The notes: generated from the sequence alone by a model not told the origin. A DNA stretch of 64,000 bases from Geopsychrobacteraceae bacterium (GCA_963662315.1 OY759353.1:160001-224000), one strand, 5' to 3'. Positions 1 through 10,485 are shown, numbered from the stretch's first letter. Made by a program: numbers and translations.

Positions 1-335
1 GGCGCCTTGAGCTGCGATATTATCCGTAATATCCCGTAGACTGTTGCGGCCGGTCAATTGGACTGTCAACAGGGCGACAAATTGAACCCAACGGGAAAAC
101 GAGCGGAATTTCTGACCGGCGTGATGTTTGTTCGCCAAAGCCTGAAATTCATGTCTCGGGAAAATTCGTACAATTTGAGAAAGAACAGTGCCACAATGTG
201 CCATGGCTTGGAACTTCTTGTTTTTAATGTGTGGTTTTGGCGAATTCAATGTGACACACGTGGGCTCCAGGCCATTGTTTTTATTGATCAAACTGTGAAA
301 CATCAGTGACTCTGTCGGGCTTTTCGTCTTAAGTA

Positions 336-1559
336 TTAAAGGTTTGTTTTTGTCAAGTTCTCAATGAGGTTGTTTTCGAATGCTGACGATACATTCAACT
401 GCCAGATAAAAATTGCAGATGTCGACAGGCCAACAATACTCATGACAAGAAAGATGCTTTGAATCCCTGAGGTCGATAACAATACAGAGCCAATTAATGG
501 GCCGAGGGCGAATCCTAAATTTAAAAAAGCATTAAAAATACCAAGGATGCTGCTCATTCCGAGGCGTTGCCCCTCTGCGATCAGTAAGGCACTGACTGCG
601 GGTTGAGAGATGGAGCTGAAAACTCCTATAAGAAGAGTTAATACAAGAACGCTGCCAAAGCTCTCGGCAATCGGTAGCAACAAGTACAAAAGAGGGACAA
701 TGATTCCTCCCAGAGCAACCAATATTGAATAGGATAGGCGATCTGTGATTTTGCCCATGGGACGCAGCAATACAGTCATTACCAGGGTAGCCGATGCCGT
801 GACTATGCCTATCTGAAGACTGTTTATGCCTGTTCTTGAAGTCAGCATGATGGGTAAAAAAGTAGCACAGGTTGCAATGCCGAACCCCTTGCCCAATATA
901 TAAGCTAATAAGCCACGGAATGTTCCATCTCTCGGGTCCAGAGACAGCAGGGTCGCAATAGTAAAGGATGTGGGAGTTGCTTTATATGGTTTCTTTTTTT
1001 CCGCAGCAAGAGACAGGCTCTGTAATGCTATCACAAACGCGGCAACGCAGCATAAAGTCAAAATGACAAACAGTCCTTGGAATCCCCACTTGTTCTTAAC
1101 GGCTCCCCCGATAATGGGACCGATACAACAGGCTGCATAAAATGAAATGTCGAAAGTTCCCATGGAGGTGCCACGGTGTTGAGGAGTAATCTGTGCCGCA
1201 AGAAAGGATTGGACCGCTGGACGAAACATTGCATACCCAACGCCTTGGAGTAGTCGGGCGATAACAATCTGTAGAGGATTATCAATCAATAAATAGGAGC
1301 AGGATATCAGCATATAAAGAGCAAGGCTATATCGGATCAGAATCTTGCATCCCAGCCTGTCTCCCAATTTTCCCATTACGGGGCTGAGAACTATTTTGGC
1401 AAAAGCATAACCACTCACTGCCACCCCCAGCAAAATTCCCTTGGCGCCTAGGTCCTGACAGAACAGCGGGAAAAATGTATCGCAGACTGCAAAACCGAAT
1501 GTGATCAAAAAATTGATCAGGAAAAGTCGGTGAAACAGTTGTCGTTGTCTGATAGCCAT
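336..1559 (-). CDS. MFS transporter (DHA1-like)
   Basis: 407 aa, about 12 hydrophobic segments, MFS motif A (GKLGDRLGCK) and its repeat (GKITDRL). Confidence 0.85.
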   Translation of the reverse strand: MAIRQRQLFHRLFLINFLITFGFAVCDTFFPLFCQDLGAKGILLGVAVSGYAFAKIVLSPVMGKLGDRLGCKILIRYSLALYMLISCSYLLIDNPLQIVIARLLQGVGYAMFRPAVQSFLAAQITPQHRGTSMGTFDISFYAACCIGPIIGGAVKNKWGFQGLFVILTLCCVAAFVIALQSLSLAAEKKKPYKATPTSFTIATLLSLDPRDGTFRGLLAYILGKGFGIATCATFLPIMLTSRTGINSLQIGIVTASATLVMTVLLRPMGKITDRLSYSILVALGGIIVPLLYLLLPIAESFGSVLVLTLLIGVFSSISQPAVSALLIAEGQRLGMSSILGIFNAFLNLGFALGPLIGSVLLSTSGIQSIFLVMSIVGLSTSAIFIWQLNVSSAFENNLIENLTKTNL

Positions 1560-1807
1560 GTAGATTTCGCTTCCATGATATTTCCTGCTAAAAGGTGTCT
1601 ATTTTACAGACAGGCAGCGACTCAGCTTCGTGTTGGACCAATAGCTCTTTATCTGGGGGAACTTTGTTACGGCAATTTTGCACCTGTTCATGTTGTTGCT
1701 TTGGTTTCTGCACCAGCTGTGTTGTAAATACTGTGGCCGCCAAAGCGGCGGCCACAAAAAGAGGTCATTGTATTTCATCACAAGCAATATGTTATCTTGG
1801 TAGCGGC

Positions 1808-2197
1808 CTACTTGACTTCAACATCAATTTGATGACAGGAGTTGCAAAGCATAGTGCTTTCCGGTTTTTTGTGTACCGTGTGGCAGACAGTACATCTTAC
1901 TTTGCCTTGATGTGAGTCATGAACGTTGAATTGGCGATCTTTGCCGTCATTTTTATAGGTTCTCATTTCGCCGGTATAATACCCATTGCCGGAATCATGA
2001 CACTCAATGCAGACTGAGTGGTGAGGCATTTTCTTCGGAGTTCCTTTTCCGTGGCAATCGACGCAGGAGATCCCAGCATCCTTGTGCTTCAAGGTCGAAA
2101 CGATCTTATTCGTGGCAGCGAATGAAGTACCTGAAAATATGAAAATCAAACATGCGGCTAAGGTAATTTTCGTAAGGGTGAATTGCTTAATATTCAT
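1808..2197 (-). CDS. Periplasmic tetraheme cytochrome c (flavocytochrome c heme subunit)
   Basis: Sec signal peptide ending TSFA; four CxxCH motifs (CVDCH, CIECH, CTVCH, CNSCH); 11 bp downstream of the flavoprotein gene. Confidence 0.9.
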   Translation of the reverse strand: MNIKQFTLTKITLAACLIFIFSGTSFAATNKIVSTLKHKDAGISCVDCHGKGTPKKMPHHSVCIECHDSGNGYYTGEMRTYKNDGKDRQFNVHDSHQGKVRCTVCHTVHKKPESTMLCNSCHQIDVEVK

Positions 2198-2208
2198 CTG
2201 TCGCTCCT

Positions 2209-3777
2209 TTATTTTCCCAGCTCATTTTTAATGATGTTCTTTGCCGCTAATCTTCCTGAGGTTAAGGCAAATCCGCTAGCAGATCCCTCAACGAGCAAGT
2301 CATAGGAGCTGTCATATAGTCCACCCATATCTTGTCCGGCAACGTATAGGCCTTTAATCGGCATGCCATTGTCGGTCAACGCTTGAAAGTCAGTGTTGAC
2401 CTTGATGCCACCAAGGGTGAGGAAAAAGGCACGAATTCCTTTCAGCGCATAGTATGGGCCATGGCTCTGGAATGGAATCAAATGATCTGGGTTGCGGCCC
2501 CACTCAGAATCATTTTTATTGGCGGCAAATTCATTAACATTTGACACGCTGTTTTTCAGATGGGCAGGATCAACATTGATTTTTTTAGCAAGCTCTTCCA
2601 GGGTATCGGCTTTAAAGGCGTATCCGCCTTCAATGCCATCCTGAATTCCTTTATCAAGGTCCGGCATTTTTTGACCAACGACAACGATCGCATTGAATGG
2701 AATCAGAGGTCCCTGGTTTATCATTCTTTGTTTCATGTTTTCATCAAAGATGTTGTACATAACTCCACCATTAGCAGTCATTGCATTGTAGACATTGGTG
2801 AAGCTTGATCCTTGTGATTCATTATAGAACCGATTTCCTGACTGATTTACCCAAAGAAATGGTTGGCTGAGAGCGGCTCTTGTTTGCTTGAGGGAATCGG
2901 CACCGTTAAACTGTCTGATAAGAGGATTTTTCTGGTCATGCAGATACGGTGCATTCCCGGCAACGGTTTGCATGCCGGCAAGGCCAGCACCAACCTCTTC
3001 AGCCATGACAATGCCGTCTCCTTCGCGGCCGTCGAGTACTGGGCCGCGCAGGAAAATAGGTTCAAAAATTCCTTTTGCACTGCTATCGGAAATATACTCC
3101 TGAACCATTTTTTTATTGGCGGCAAAACCACCGGTAGCTAGGATGACGCCCCCCTTGGCTGTGGCTTCGTACTTCTCCCCATAAACAGAATTTTCAGCGT
3201 AAACTCCCGTAACACGGCCTGAACTATCTGTCATCAATTTGGTTACAGGAGTTTCAAGTAGGATTTTTCCACCCTTCTCATAAATCTGTTTCTGCATAAA
3301 TCTCACAACGCTGGCGCCGTGTTCTTTGTAACAATGCCATACATGAAACGATTTATCCTCTGGGAACATGGTCTTAATTCCCTTAAATTCGACGCCCATA
3401 TCTTCAATCATGTCGATAGATTCACCAGAGTTCGCCAAAAGCTCTTTTAATACGGCTGCGTTTGCTCTCCAGTGATGGAAATCAATTGCGGCATCGAAAA
3501 CTTCTTGAACGCTCGATTTATAACCAGCACGTTCCTGCATCCTTGTTCCCACACCTGTTGATCCCTCTGGAAAGTTTCCGGCTCCTCCTAGACCTGGAAG
3601 TTTTTCAAAAACAATAACAGAAGCTCCACCGTTGGCTGCGGCCAGTGCGGCCGAGAGTCCTGAAAAGCCCCCACCAACAACGATAATGTCAGCAGATAAT
3701 TTTTGTACTGCAGAAGCATTCGTACAACAGAATGCAAGCAGTGCACATACAATCCCGATTTTCTTCAGTAACCTCAT
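2209..3777 (-). CDS. Exported FAD-dependent reductase, flavocytochrome c flavin subunit family (FAD_binding_2)
   Basis: Signal peptide ending NASA; GGGFSG dinucleotide motif, ILATGGF, VNQSGNRF, TLGGI, GLYVAG; SD AGGAGG upstream. Confidence 0.9.
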   Translation of the reverse strand: MRLLKKIGIVCALLAFCCTNASAVQKLSADIIVVGGGFSGLSAALAAANGGASVIVFEKLPGLGGAGNFPEGSTGVGTRMQERAGYKSSVQEVFDAAIDFHHWRANAAVLKELLANSGESIDMIEDMGVEFKGIKTMFPEDKSFHVWHCYKEHGASVVRFMQKQIYEKGGKILLETPVTKLMTDSSGRVTGVYAENSVYGEKYEATAKGGVILATGGFAANKKMVQEYISDSSAKGIFEPIFLRGPVLDGREGDGIVMAEEVGAGLAGMQTVAGNAPYLHDQKNPLIRQFNGADSLKQTRAALSQPFLWVNQSGNRFYNESQGSSFTNVYNAMTANGGVMYNIFDENMKQRMINQGPLIPFNAIVVVGQKMPDLDKGIQDGIEGGYAFKADTLEELAKKINVDPAHLKNSVSNVNEFAANKNDSEWGRNPDHLIPFQSHGPYYALKGIRAFFLTLGGIKVNTDFQALTDNGMPIKGLYVAGQDMGGLYDSSYDLLVEGSASGFALTSGRLAAKNIIKNELGK

Positions 3778-3848
3778 TGATTCCTCCTAAAAAAAGTAAG
3801 TAACAAAAGATCAAAATTTATCTTTGACCCGTGTCTTCCGGTTCTGAT

Positions 3849-3865
3849 ATCAATATGTATGCCAA
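3849..3865 (-). promoter_or_regulatory. Putative sigma-54 (-24/-12) promoter of the flavocytochrome operon
   Basis: Minus strand TTGGCAT-ACATA-TTGAT: correct spacing, GA instead of GC at -12; about 70 bp upstream of the start and next to a GAFTGA activator. Confidence 0.45.
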
Positions 3866-4064
3866 TGGTTTTGCTTGTCTTAAGTATTGTTATTATAAGA
3901 ATTTTTTGCTTCGTATCGATATCTGGACTATGCTTGTGCGTGTGTTTGTGAGACACCTTGTTTCACCAGTTCTGTTTCAGACTTTTTGTTTTAGAGGGGT
4001 AGGAGACATCTTTGACGTAAGATGAAGAATTGGAACCGGTTGAAGCGGATTGTTTTGCCGAGAA

Positions 4065-4110
4065 AAAGGATCAGGAGGGATTGCGGTTTCGCAATCCCTC
4101 CTGATCCTTT
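4065..4110. repeat. Perfect 21-bp inverted repeat (terminator-like hairpin)
   Basis: AAAGGATCAGGAGGGATTGCG-gttt-CGCAATCCCTCCTGATCCTTT. Confidence 0.85.
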
Positions 4111-4247
4111 AGTCTGTCGCTACCTGCTAATGAAATATTGAACCATAAAGAAAATAACTGAGAGTCATCATAAAGCGCTTCTAACTTCAAGTTATGGTAA
4201 AAGCATAGTGCGAAGTTAGATATTTGCCTTAAAGAGGATTAGATATT

Positions 4248-7200
4248 TTGAAATTTAAAAGTCTTAAGACTAAGGTTGTTTTTAGTGTTTTGTTAATATT
4301 CTTCCTTATTTTTCCTGCGTTTAGCTATTTTGGGATATCTTATTTTAAGTATAATGCTATCAGGACTGTTCAGGCGCAGCAGTTATTACTGGTTTCAAAG
4401 CTAGCGGATGAAATTAATACCAAACTTGTTATTTTGACAAACGTACTTACTTCTTCTGCAGATACAATTGACAAAGAGATATTCGACAGTCCTGTCAAAG
4501 CGAGTGACTATATTAAAAGCCATATTGCTTTGACTTCTGTTTTTGATGACAACATTCTGATTTTTAATAAAAATGGGCAGCTCTTGGCTGAATCTGGAGA
4601 TAATAGTCCCGAGCGTGTAATGATGAGTTTTGCATGGCGCGATTATATAGCTGTTCCTTCAGAAACTCATCGACTCTATATTTCTGCTCCCCTTAAAGCT
4701 ACAGCAAGTACAAAACTTAAAGATCCCATGATAGTTATTTCTGCACCGGTAATTAGGGATGGAACATTAATAGGTTTTGTGTCAGGAGCGGTAAACCTTT
4801 ATAATGAAAATTTATTTAATAATGAAAAATTCACATATCTTAACGATAATGGATACATATTCATTGTAGATTCACAGTCAAACGTAGTAATGCATTCAGA
4901 TGAGAATAAGATTGTCAGTAAAATTGACCTCAGCTCCAATCAAATATTGGAGAGAATGCTTAATGAAGAGTCTGGTAGCATTGAATATGAAAATAATAAT
5001 GAGATAATCCAATCATCTTTTTGTAAAGTTCCAATTTCAAGATGGATTGTTATAGCAAATTATAAATCAAAAATTATATTTAAACATATTATTAGAGCTG
5101 AAAATACCCTGATATTATTTATCATATCAGGAGCAGTTATTGTATTTATAATTTTAAACTTTATAATTAACAGACTCGTAAGACCTATCCTGTCTCTAAA
5201 GTCACAAGTACATGGATTGCTGAGTGATAATGAATGTCTTGCAAAAATACAGGTAGATTCTAATGATGAAATTATGGAGATTGCTAATGCTTTTAATAGT
5301 CTTCTTGCAGAAATAGATCAAAAGAAAAATGAACTGAAGAGAAAAAATGAAATATTTCAGACAGTATGCGATTTTTCAAAAGACTGGATTTATTGGATTG
5401 ATAACAATGGCCATTTGATTTACATATCTCCTGCAGCAATGAAGATGTCCGGTTACTCTAAAGAAGAGTTGTCTGATTATCCAAATTTTTATGAAAAGTT
5501 AATTTATCCTGAAGATCGTGAAAAATGGCTTAGGTCTGAAAGAACTGTCAGGATGAAGGAAGAATATTGTGAAACAGAAATAAGGATAATAACAAAAGAT
5601 GGATCTGTCAGGTGGCTCCATAATGTTTGTAAAGGTTATTTTTCCAAGGGTGTTTTTTATGGTGTTCGCGGGGTGTTCAGTGACATTACTTCAACGAGAA
5701 AAGCTGAAATCGAATTAACCTCCCGGGAAAATATCTACAGCATTTTGTTTCAAAACACAGGTTCTCTCATTATCTTAACAAATGAAAAGTTCGAAATTAC
5801 TGAATTTAATAAAAAGGCCTTTTCTCTGCTTAATTGTCAATACGGCGAAAGTGTCTTTACCTACCTCAGGACTGACGTTGCTTCAGTGTCTTCCCAACTT
5901 ACCCAAAAAGTTTCACAAGATGCTGTAGAAATTGATACGCATTTTAGTATTAGTGGGCAAATCAACTATTATAGTTGGCAAATAAATACTCTTAGTTATT
6001 CTCTTCATGGGTTATCCGGTTTCATATTTTTAGGTATCGATATTACTGATAAGAAAAATAGAAATGAAGAACTCAGCAAAATGGCAATAAAAACTGAAAC
6101 GGAAAAATATGTCAGCCAGATGGAAGCGATAATAAAAAGTGTCTCTGAAGGAATAATATCCATCGAAAGTAATGGCAGCCTTGGCGGTTATAACAGTGCT
6201 GCAGAAAAATTATTCAAGCTGGTTCCAGATAATATCGGGAAACCGATTCAGAGCATTAATGATTTTTTTGCTTCGAAATTATCACTCTTAGTGAAGAATG
6301 CCGGTAAGAATAAAAGAGAAATTGATGCTGCCAGGGTCGAATACGTCCTTGATAATAAGCCTGTTTCTCTAAAAATAAGTATTACTCCTTTGCTTAGCAG
6401 TGAAAATATTGAATTTGGGACTTTGGCGGTCGTAGCAATTGAAGAGGATTTAAATAAAAATTTTGAATGCTCAAAATTTATCAACATTATTGGCTCTAAT
6501 GAAAAAATGCAGGCGTTATATTCTTCAATGACCTCTTTGGCAAATGTCGACTCTACGGTATTGATCTTAGGGGAAAGTGGCACGGGGAAAGAGCTTGTTG
6601 CCTGTGGCATACATGATTCCGGTGTTAGAAAAAACAAGCCATTCATTAAGCTTAACTGTTCAGCTATTCCAGAGAACCTCCTTGAAAGTGAGTTATTTGG
6701 CCATGAGAAAGGCGCCTTTACGGGGGCCTATAAAGATAAAATTGGAAAGTTTGAAGCGGCTAATGGTGGAACTATTTTCCTTGATGAAATAGGAGACATC
6801 AGTGCTAGTGTTCAAGTTAAACTTCTTAGAGTCCTTCAAGAAAAAGAAATTGAGGTCATCGGTAAAAACAAACCGGTCAAGGTTGATGTGCGCATCATTG
6901 CTGCAACAAATAGAGATCTTAAAGATTTAGTGGACAAAGGCCAATTTCGGGAAGACCTTTATTATAGACTTAAAGTCGTTACCCTTTCAGTCCCCCCCCT
7001 TAGAGAAAGAAGGGATGATATTCTTCCTATTGCCTACGCGTTTATAAATAGATTCAACAAGAAAATGCATAAAAATATACTGGACATATCTGATGAAGTG
7101 AAGTCGATACTTCTCACATATGATTGGCCCGGTAATGTCAGAGAACTTGAACATATAATAGAGTCTTCCTGTTTAATGGAAGGGTCTTCAATTATCACTA

Positions 7201-7379
7201 GCTCTACCATTCCCAAAGAAGTGTCTGAGAATATTCCGCAGGATTCGCTAGATGAAAAAAACATGATTCTCAATGCTCTGGAGGAAGCGAAAGGCTACAA
7301 AACGAAGGCTGCTAAGTTGTTAAAGATCAGCAGGGCTACTCTCTATCGAAAGATGAACGAGCATGGAATAGACTACTAA
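4248..7379 (+). CDS. Membrane-anchored one-component sigma-54 activator (TM-dCache-TM-HAMP-PAS-AAA+-Fis HTH)
   Basis: Two TM helices flanking a Cache-like region (WRDY, GYIFIVD), HAMP (DEIMEIANAFN), PAS/PAC repeats, GESGTGKE, GAFTGA, FLDEIG, WPGNVREL, C-terminal HTH; no H-box or receiver domain. Confidence 0.92.
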   Translation: MKFKSLKTKVVFSVLLIFFLIFPAFSYFGISYFKYNAIRTVQAQQLLLVSKLADEINTKLVILTNVLTSSADTIDKEIFDSPVKASDYIKSHIALTSVFDDNILIFNKNGQLLAESGDNSPERVMMSFAWRDYIAVPSETHRLYISAPLKATASTKLKDPMIVISAPVIRDGTLIGFVSGAVNLYNENLFNNEKFTYLNDNGYIFIVDSQSNVVMHSDENKIVSKIDLSSNQILERMLNEESGSIEYENNNEIIQSSFCKVPISRWIVIANYKSKIIFKHIIRAENTLILFIISGAVIVFIILNFIINRLVRPILSLKSQVHGLLSDNECLAKIQVDSNDEIMEIANAFNSLLAEIDQKKNELKRKNEIFQTVCDFSKDWIYWIDNNGHLIYISPAAMKMSGYSKEELSDYPNFYEKLIYPEDREKWLRSERTVRMKEEYCETEIRIITKDGSVRWLHNVCKGYFSKGVFYGVRGVFSDITSTRKAEIELTSRENIYSILFQNTGSLIILTNEKFEITEFNKKAFSLLNCQYGESVFTYLRTDVASVSSQLTQKVSQDAVEIDTHFSISGQINYYSWQINTLSYSLHGLSGFIFLGIDITDKKNRNEELSKMAIKTETEKYVSQMEAIIKSVSEGIISIESNGSLGGYNSAAEKLFKLVPDNIGKPIQSINDFFASKLSLLVKNAGKNKREIDAARVEYVLDNKPVSLKISITPLLSSENIEFGTLAVVAIEEDLNKNFECSKFINIIGSNEKMQALYSSMTSLANVDSTVLILGESGTGKELVACGIHDSGVRKNKPFIKLNCSAIPENLLESELFGHEKGAFTGAYKDKIGKFEAANGGTIFLDEIGDISASVQVKLLRVLQEKEIEVIGKNKPVKVDVRIIAATNRDLKDLVDKGQFREDLYYRLKVVTLSVPPLRERRDDILPIAYAFINRFNKKMHKNILDISDEVKSILLTYDWPGNVRELEHIIESSCLMEGSSIITSSTIPKEVSENIPQDSLDEKNMILNALEEAKGYKTKAAKLLKISRATLYRKMNEHGIDY

Positions 7380-7811
7380 GCTAAAATTCTCATTTGTTAC
7401 TACTTGTTTACATCTTCTGAGACACCCTGTCTTGTTTGCTTGGGGCTGAGTGTTTGTACTTCGACACTAAATATTAGCGTGGCAGGAGAAAGCATTTTTA
7501 GCTTTTTTTGTGGTGTCTCCAAGATTCAGCGGGCTTAGATTCTTTAATTTGGAGTGCCTTTTGCGCTATATTCATAGCATTAGTGAGGTCTTCTGCGTTG
7601 CTTGTGCCATTTGCATAGGTTGTCTCTAATGATGACCTCGATTTTCGCAAAAGGCATTTCGTTGGTGATTCAGGCGCTAATATAAGCGTCTTCCGGAATT
7701 ATGCTAGAGGCGCGATACGGCAGAAAAGACTCCTTTCGGAGTTCCCGGTCATGCAAACACCTAGCGCATACATCTGCAGGATATATGTCGAACAGGGAGT
7801 AATTGCAAACG

Positions 7812-8813
7812 ATGAAAACACGAAATCTAGGAAATATTGGAACCACTGTCTCTGCGATCGGCATCGGCGGCATGTCGTTTTCTGACTTTTACGGGCCGAC
7901 TGACACCGATAAATCACACGCCATATTGCGCAAGGCATTGGATCTTGGCATTGATCATATTGATACTGCAAACGTCTATGGCCTTGGGGTGTCAGAGGAG
8001 CGTATCGGCTCCTTCCTGAAAGCTCAGGGACGCAGCAAAAATGATTTGTTCAAGATAGCAACCAAAGCGGGTATAAAGCGCGATAAAGATGGTCGCAGAC
8101 ATTATGATAACAGCTTCAGTTACCTGCAGGCGGAGCTGGATAAATCCTTACAGCGCCTGGGTGTTGAGCAAATCGAACTCTTTTATATCCATCGGCGGGA
8201 TCCGCAGTGCCCGATTGAAGACGTCACCGGGACGCTGGCTAAATTTGTTACCGCCGGGAAGATCAAACAATTCGGCTTTTCTGAAATTGCTCCAGCGTCG
8301 CTTCAGTTAGCGGCGGCTATTCACCCTGTCGGCGCTGTCCAGTCTGAATATTCGCTTTCGACACGTTTTGTGGAAATGGGACTGGTGCAGAGAACCAAAG
8401 AACTTGGCACTTCACTGGTGGCGTTCAGCCCGGTCGGGCGCAGTTTGCTGACCGATGATCCGCATTCCTTTGAAAAAAGTCAATCGATCGACTTTCTCAA
8501 AGACAATCCAAGATTTCTAAAGCCCAATTACGACCATAACATCACTGCGACAGACCGCTTCCGCTCACTCGCCAAGGAGATGGGATACAAGACCGCCTCT
8601 CTTGCCATTGCCTGGCTTTTGCACCAGGGGGAACACATTTTACCCATTCCTGGCACCCGATCCGTGTCTCATCTGGAAGAATTGGCCGCTGGAGCAGAGA
8701 TAACGTTGAGTGATAGCGATTTGCAGGCGATAGAGAATTGCTTGCCGATCGGCTGGGCGCATGGCGATCGGTATTCTGTCGCGCAATGGGTTGGCCCGGA
8801 AAAATATTGCTGA
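7812..8813 (+). CDS. Aldo/keto reductase
   Basis: IGIGGM, IDTANVYG, ATK, YIHR, QSEYSL, PIPGT motifs; start 7812 (ATG) or 7803 (TTG). Confidence 0.9.
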   Translation: MKTRNLGNIGTTVSAIGIGGMSFSDFYGPTDTDKSHAILRKALDLGIDHIDTANVYGLGVSEERIGSFLKAQGRSKNDLFKIATKAGIKRDKDGRRHYDNSFSYLQAELDKSLQRLGVEQIELFYIHRRDPQCPIEDVTGTLAKFVTAGKIKQFGFSEIAPASLQLAAAIHPVGAVQSEYSLSTRFVEMGLVQRTKELGTSLVAFSPVGRSLLTDDPHSFEKSQSIDFLKDNPRFLKPNYDHNITATDRFRSLAKEMGYKTASLAIAWLLHQGEHILPIPGTRSVSHLEELAAGAEITLSDSDLQAIENCLPIGWAHGDRYSVAQWVGPEKYC

Positions 8814-8954
8814 CTTGAGTCCTGTAACTTAAGAATAATTAGTATTATTCTTAAGTGTGTTTTCCGCATGTAAATGTGAACTGCTGGCATAAAGCAGGTC
8901 GGATGGTGGCGCTGGGCTGTCATAGCCTAAATAGTTTAATACCTTGTTTTCAAC

Positions 8955-10076
8955 TCACTCCGTTTCTGTCATCACAACTTTGCCCCCAGCAATCACTCGT
9001 TGCCGATCATCATAGAGAACCACATGCTGGCCGGGGGCTGGTGTCAGTACTGGAGCCTCAAAAATTATTTTCACCGCATCTCCCTTTTGCTTATCAATAA
9101 TACAAGGGGCCGGAGGCATGGTCGAACGGACCTTGGCAAAAGCCTGATGGCCATGCTGGAAGGAGTCAGGCTGAAGGATATTCAAACTTTCTATGTGTAC
9201 GGTTTTGATGAACAGGGCTTCGCGTGGACCAACGATCAACTTGTTTTTGGCCGCCTCCATAGATAGCACGTATAAAGGTTCATCTCCGGAAACACCGAGG
9301 CCACGGCGTTGTCCAAGTGTATAGTTATGGAGTCCTTTATGCTCGCCGAGTTTTCTGCCCTCCGTGTCAACAATTGGTCCCGAAGGAGCCAGAGAATCCC
9401 CAAGCGCATTGCGATAGTCGCCCTCGCCGGCAAAGCAAAGTTCCATCGAATCGGGACGTTTAGACGTTCTCAGCGAATTGGCACTGGCCTTATGGCGGAC
9501 ATCATCTTTTTGCAAGGTTCCCATCGGGAGTAATAATTTTGGTAGACGTAAGCGTGAAATGCCATAGAGAAAATAGCTCTGGTCGCGGTTCTTGTCATCT
9601 CCCATAACAAGGTATGATCCTGCCGAGGGATTGGTCACCTTTGCGTAGTGCCCCGTGGCGACATACTGGACGCCAAATGATTTTTCCAGCAGGTCCCAGA
9701 CCTGGCCGAACTTGAGGCGGGTATTACAGTCGATACAGGGGCTTGGCGTGCGGCCTTGAGCGTAATCCTGACGGAACGGTTCGATGATTTCGCGTTCAAA
9801 TACATGCTCAGTGTCGATAAAATAATGGGGAATGCCCAAATCTTTACAGACGAAGGCCGCTTCCGATCCACAACAGGGACTGGGATGAACACATTTCTCG
9901 GCCATGGGGATTTTCATGGTAAACCCTGCAACATCCCATCCCTCATCGCGCAGCAGCATAGCAGTTACACTGGAATCCACGCCGCCACTCATCAGGACGG
10001 CAACGGCATGCTCTGGATCGGTGGGCTGCCACGCTTGAAATGTTGGCGGGTAAAGAGTCATGTCTGTATTGTCCAT
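8955..10076 (-). CDS. mnmA: tRNA 2-thiouridylase MnmA (CxxC+C type)
   Basis: SGGVDS PP-loop, TPSPCIDCN, ATGHYA, DQSYFL, DSMELCF, YTLGQRRGLG, PGQ. Confidence 0.92.
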   Translation of the reverse strand: MDNTDMTLYPPTFQAWQPTDPEHAVAVLMSGGVDSSVTAMLLRDEGWDVAGFTMKIPMAEKCVHPSPCCGSEAAFVCKDLGIPHYFIDTEHVFEREIIEPFRQDYAQGRTPSPCIDCNTRLKFGQVWDLLEKSFGVQYVATGHYAKVTNPSAGSYLVMGDDKNRDQSYFLYGISRLRLPKLLLPMGTLQKDDVRHKASANSLRTSKRPDSMELCFAGEGDYRNALGDSLAPSGPIVDTEGRKLGEHKGLHNYTLGQRRGLGVSGDEPLYVLSMEAAKNKLIVGPREALFIKTVHIESLNILQPDSFQHGHQAFAKVRSTMPPAPCIIDKQKGDAVKIIFEAPVLTPAPGQHVVLYDDRQRVIAGGKVVMTETE

Positions 10077-10103
10077 GAATATTGTCCTTCTACATAGAAA
10101 CAA

Positions 10104-10343
10104 TCAGTCGGTAATCACACCGCGGCAAATCCTGATGCGGTGAACGCAATCTCCCTCGGTAACGACGCTAATTACGGAGTGCCCTTCATTTTTAAGGCTC
10201 ACGGTCATGTCACGGACGGGTTCCTCCCCCTTGACGAGAATATCAAGTGATTGCCCAGGTTTCAGTGGGGCCAGAGCTTCAGCTGCTCTTAGCAGGGTGA
10301 GGGGGCATTTTTCTAACGTGAGATCAACGGTATCTATGGTCAT
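10104..10343 (-). CDS. TusA/SirA-family sulfur carrier
   Basis: 79 aa, VDLTLEKCPLT (D..G..CP-like) motif, LKPGQSLDIL. Confidence 0.8.
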   Translation of the reverse strand: MTIDTVDLTLEKCPLTLLRAAEALAPLKPGQSLDILVKGEEPVRDMTVSLKNEGHSVISVVTEGDCVHRIRICRGVITD

Positions 10344-10485
10344 AATTATCTTGGTAGTCTGCTGTAAGCACGTCAACGTTAATCTGATGAGCACAGAGAA
10401 CCTGTGCTTTATGCAGAGCGACCGCCCCTTCACCAGTGAGCCGTATCCGTGGATTTTTTAACCGTATGGGCAAGCTTGTCATCGC

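Noticed and set aside
2209..3777. Calling this fumarate reductase
   Set aside because: The fumarate-binding His/Arg motifs are replaced.
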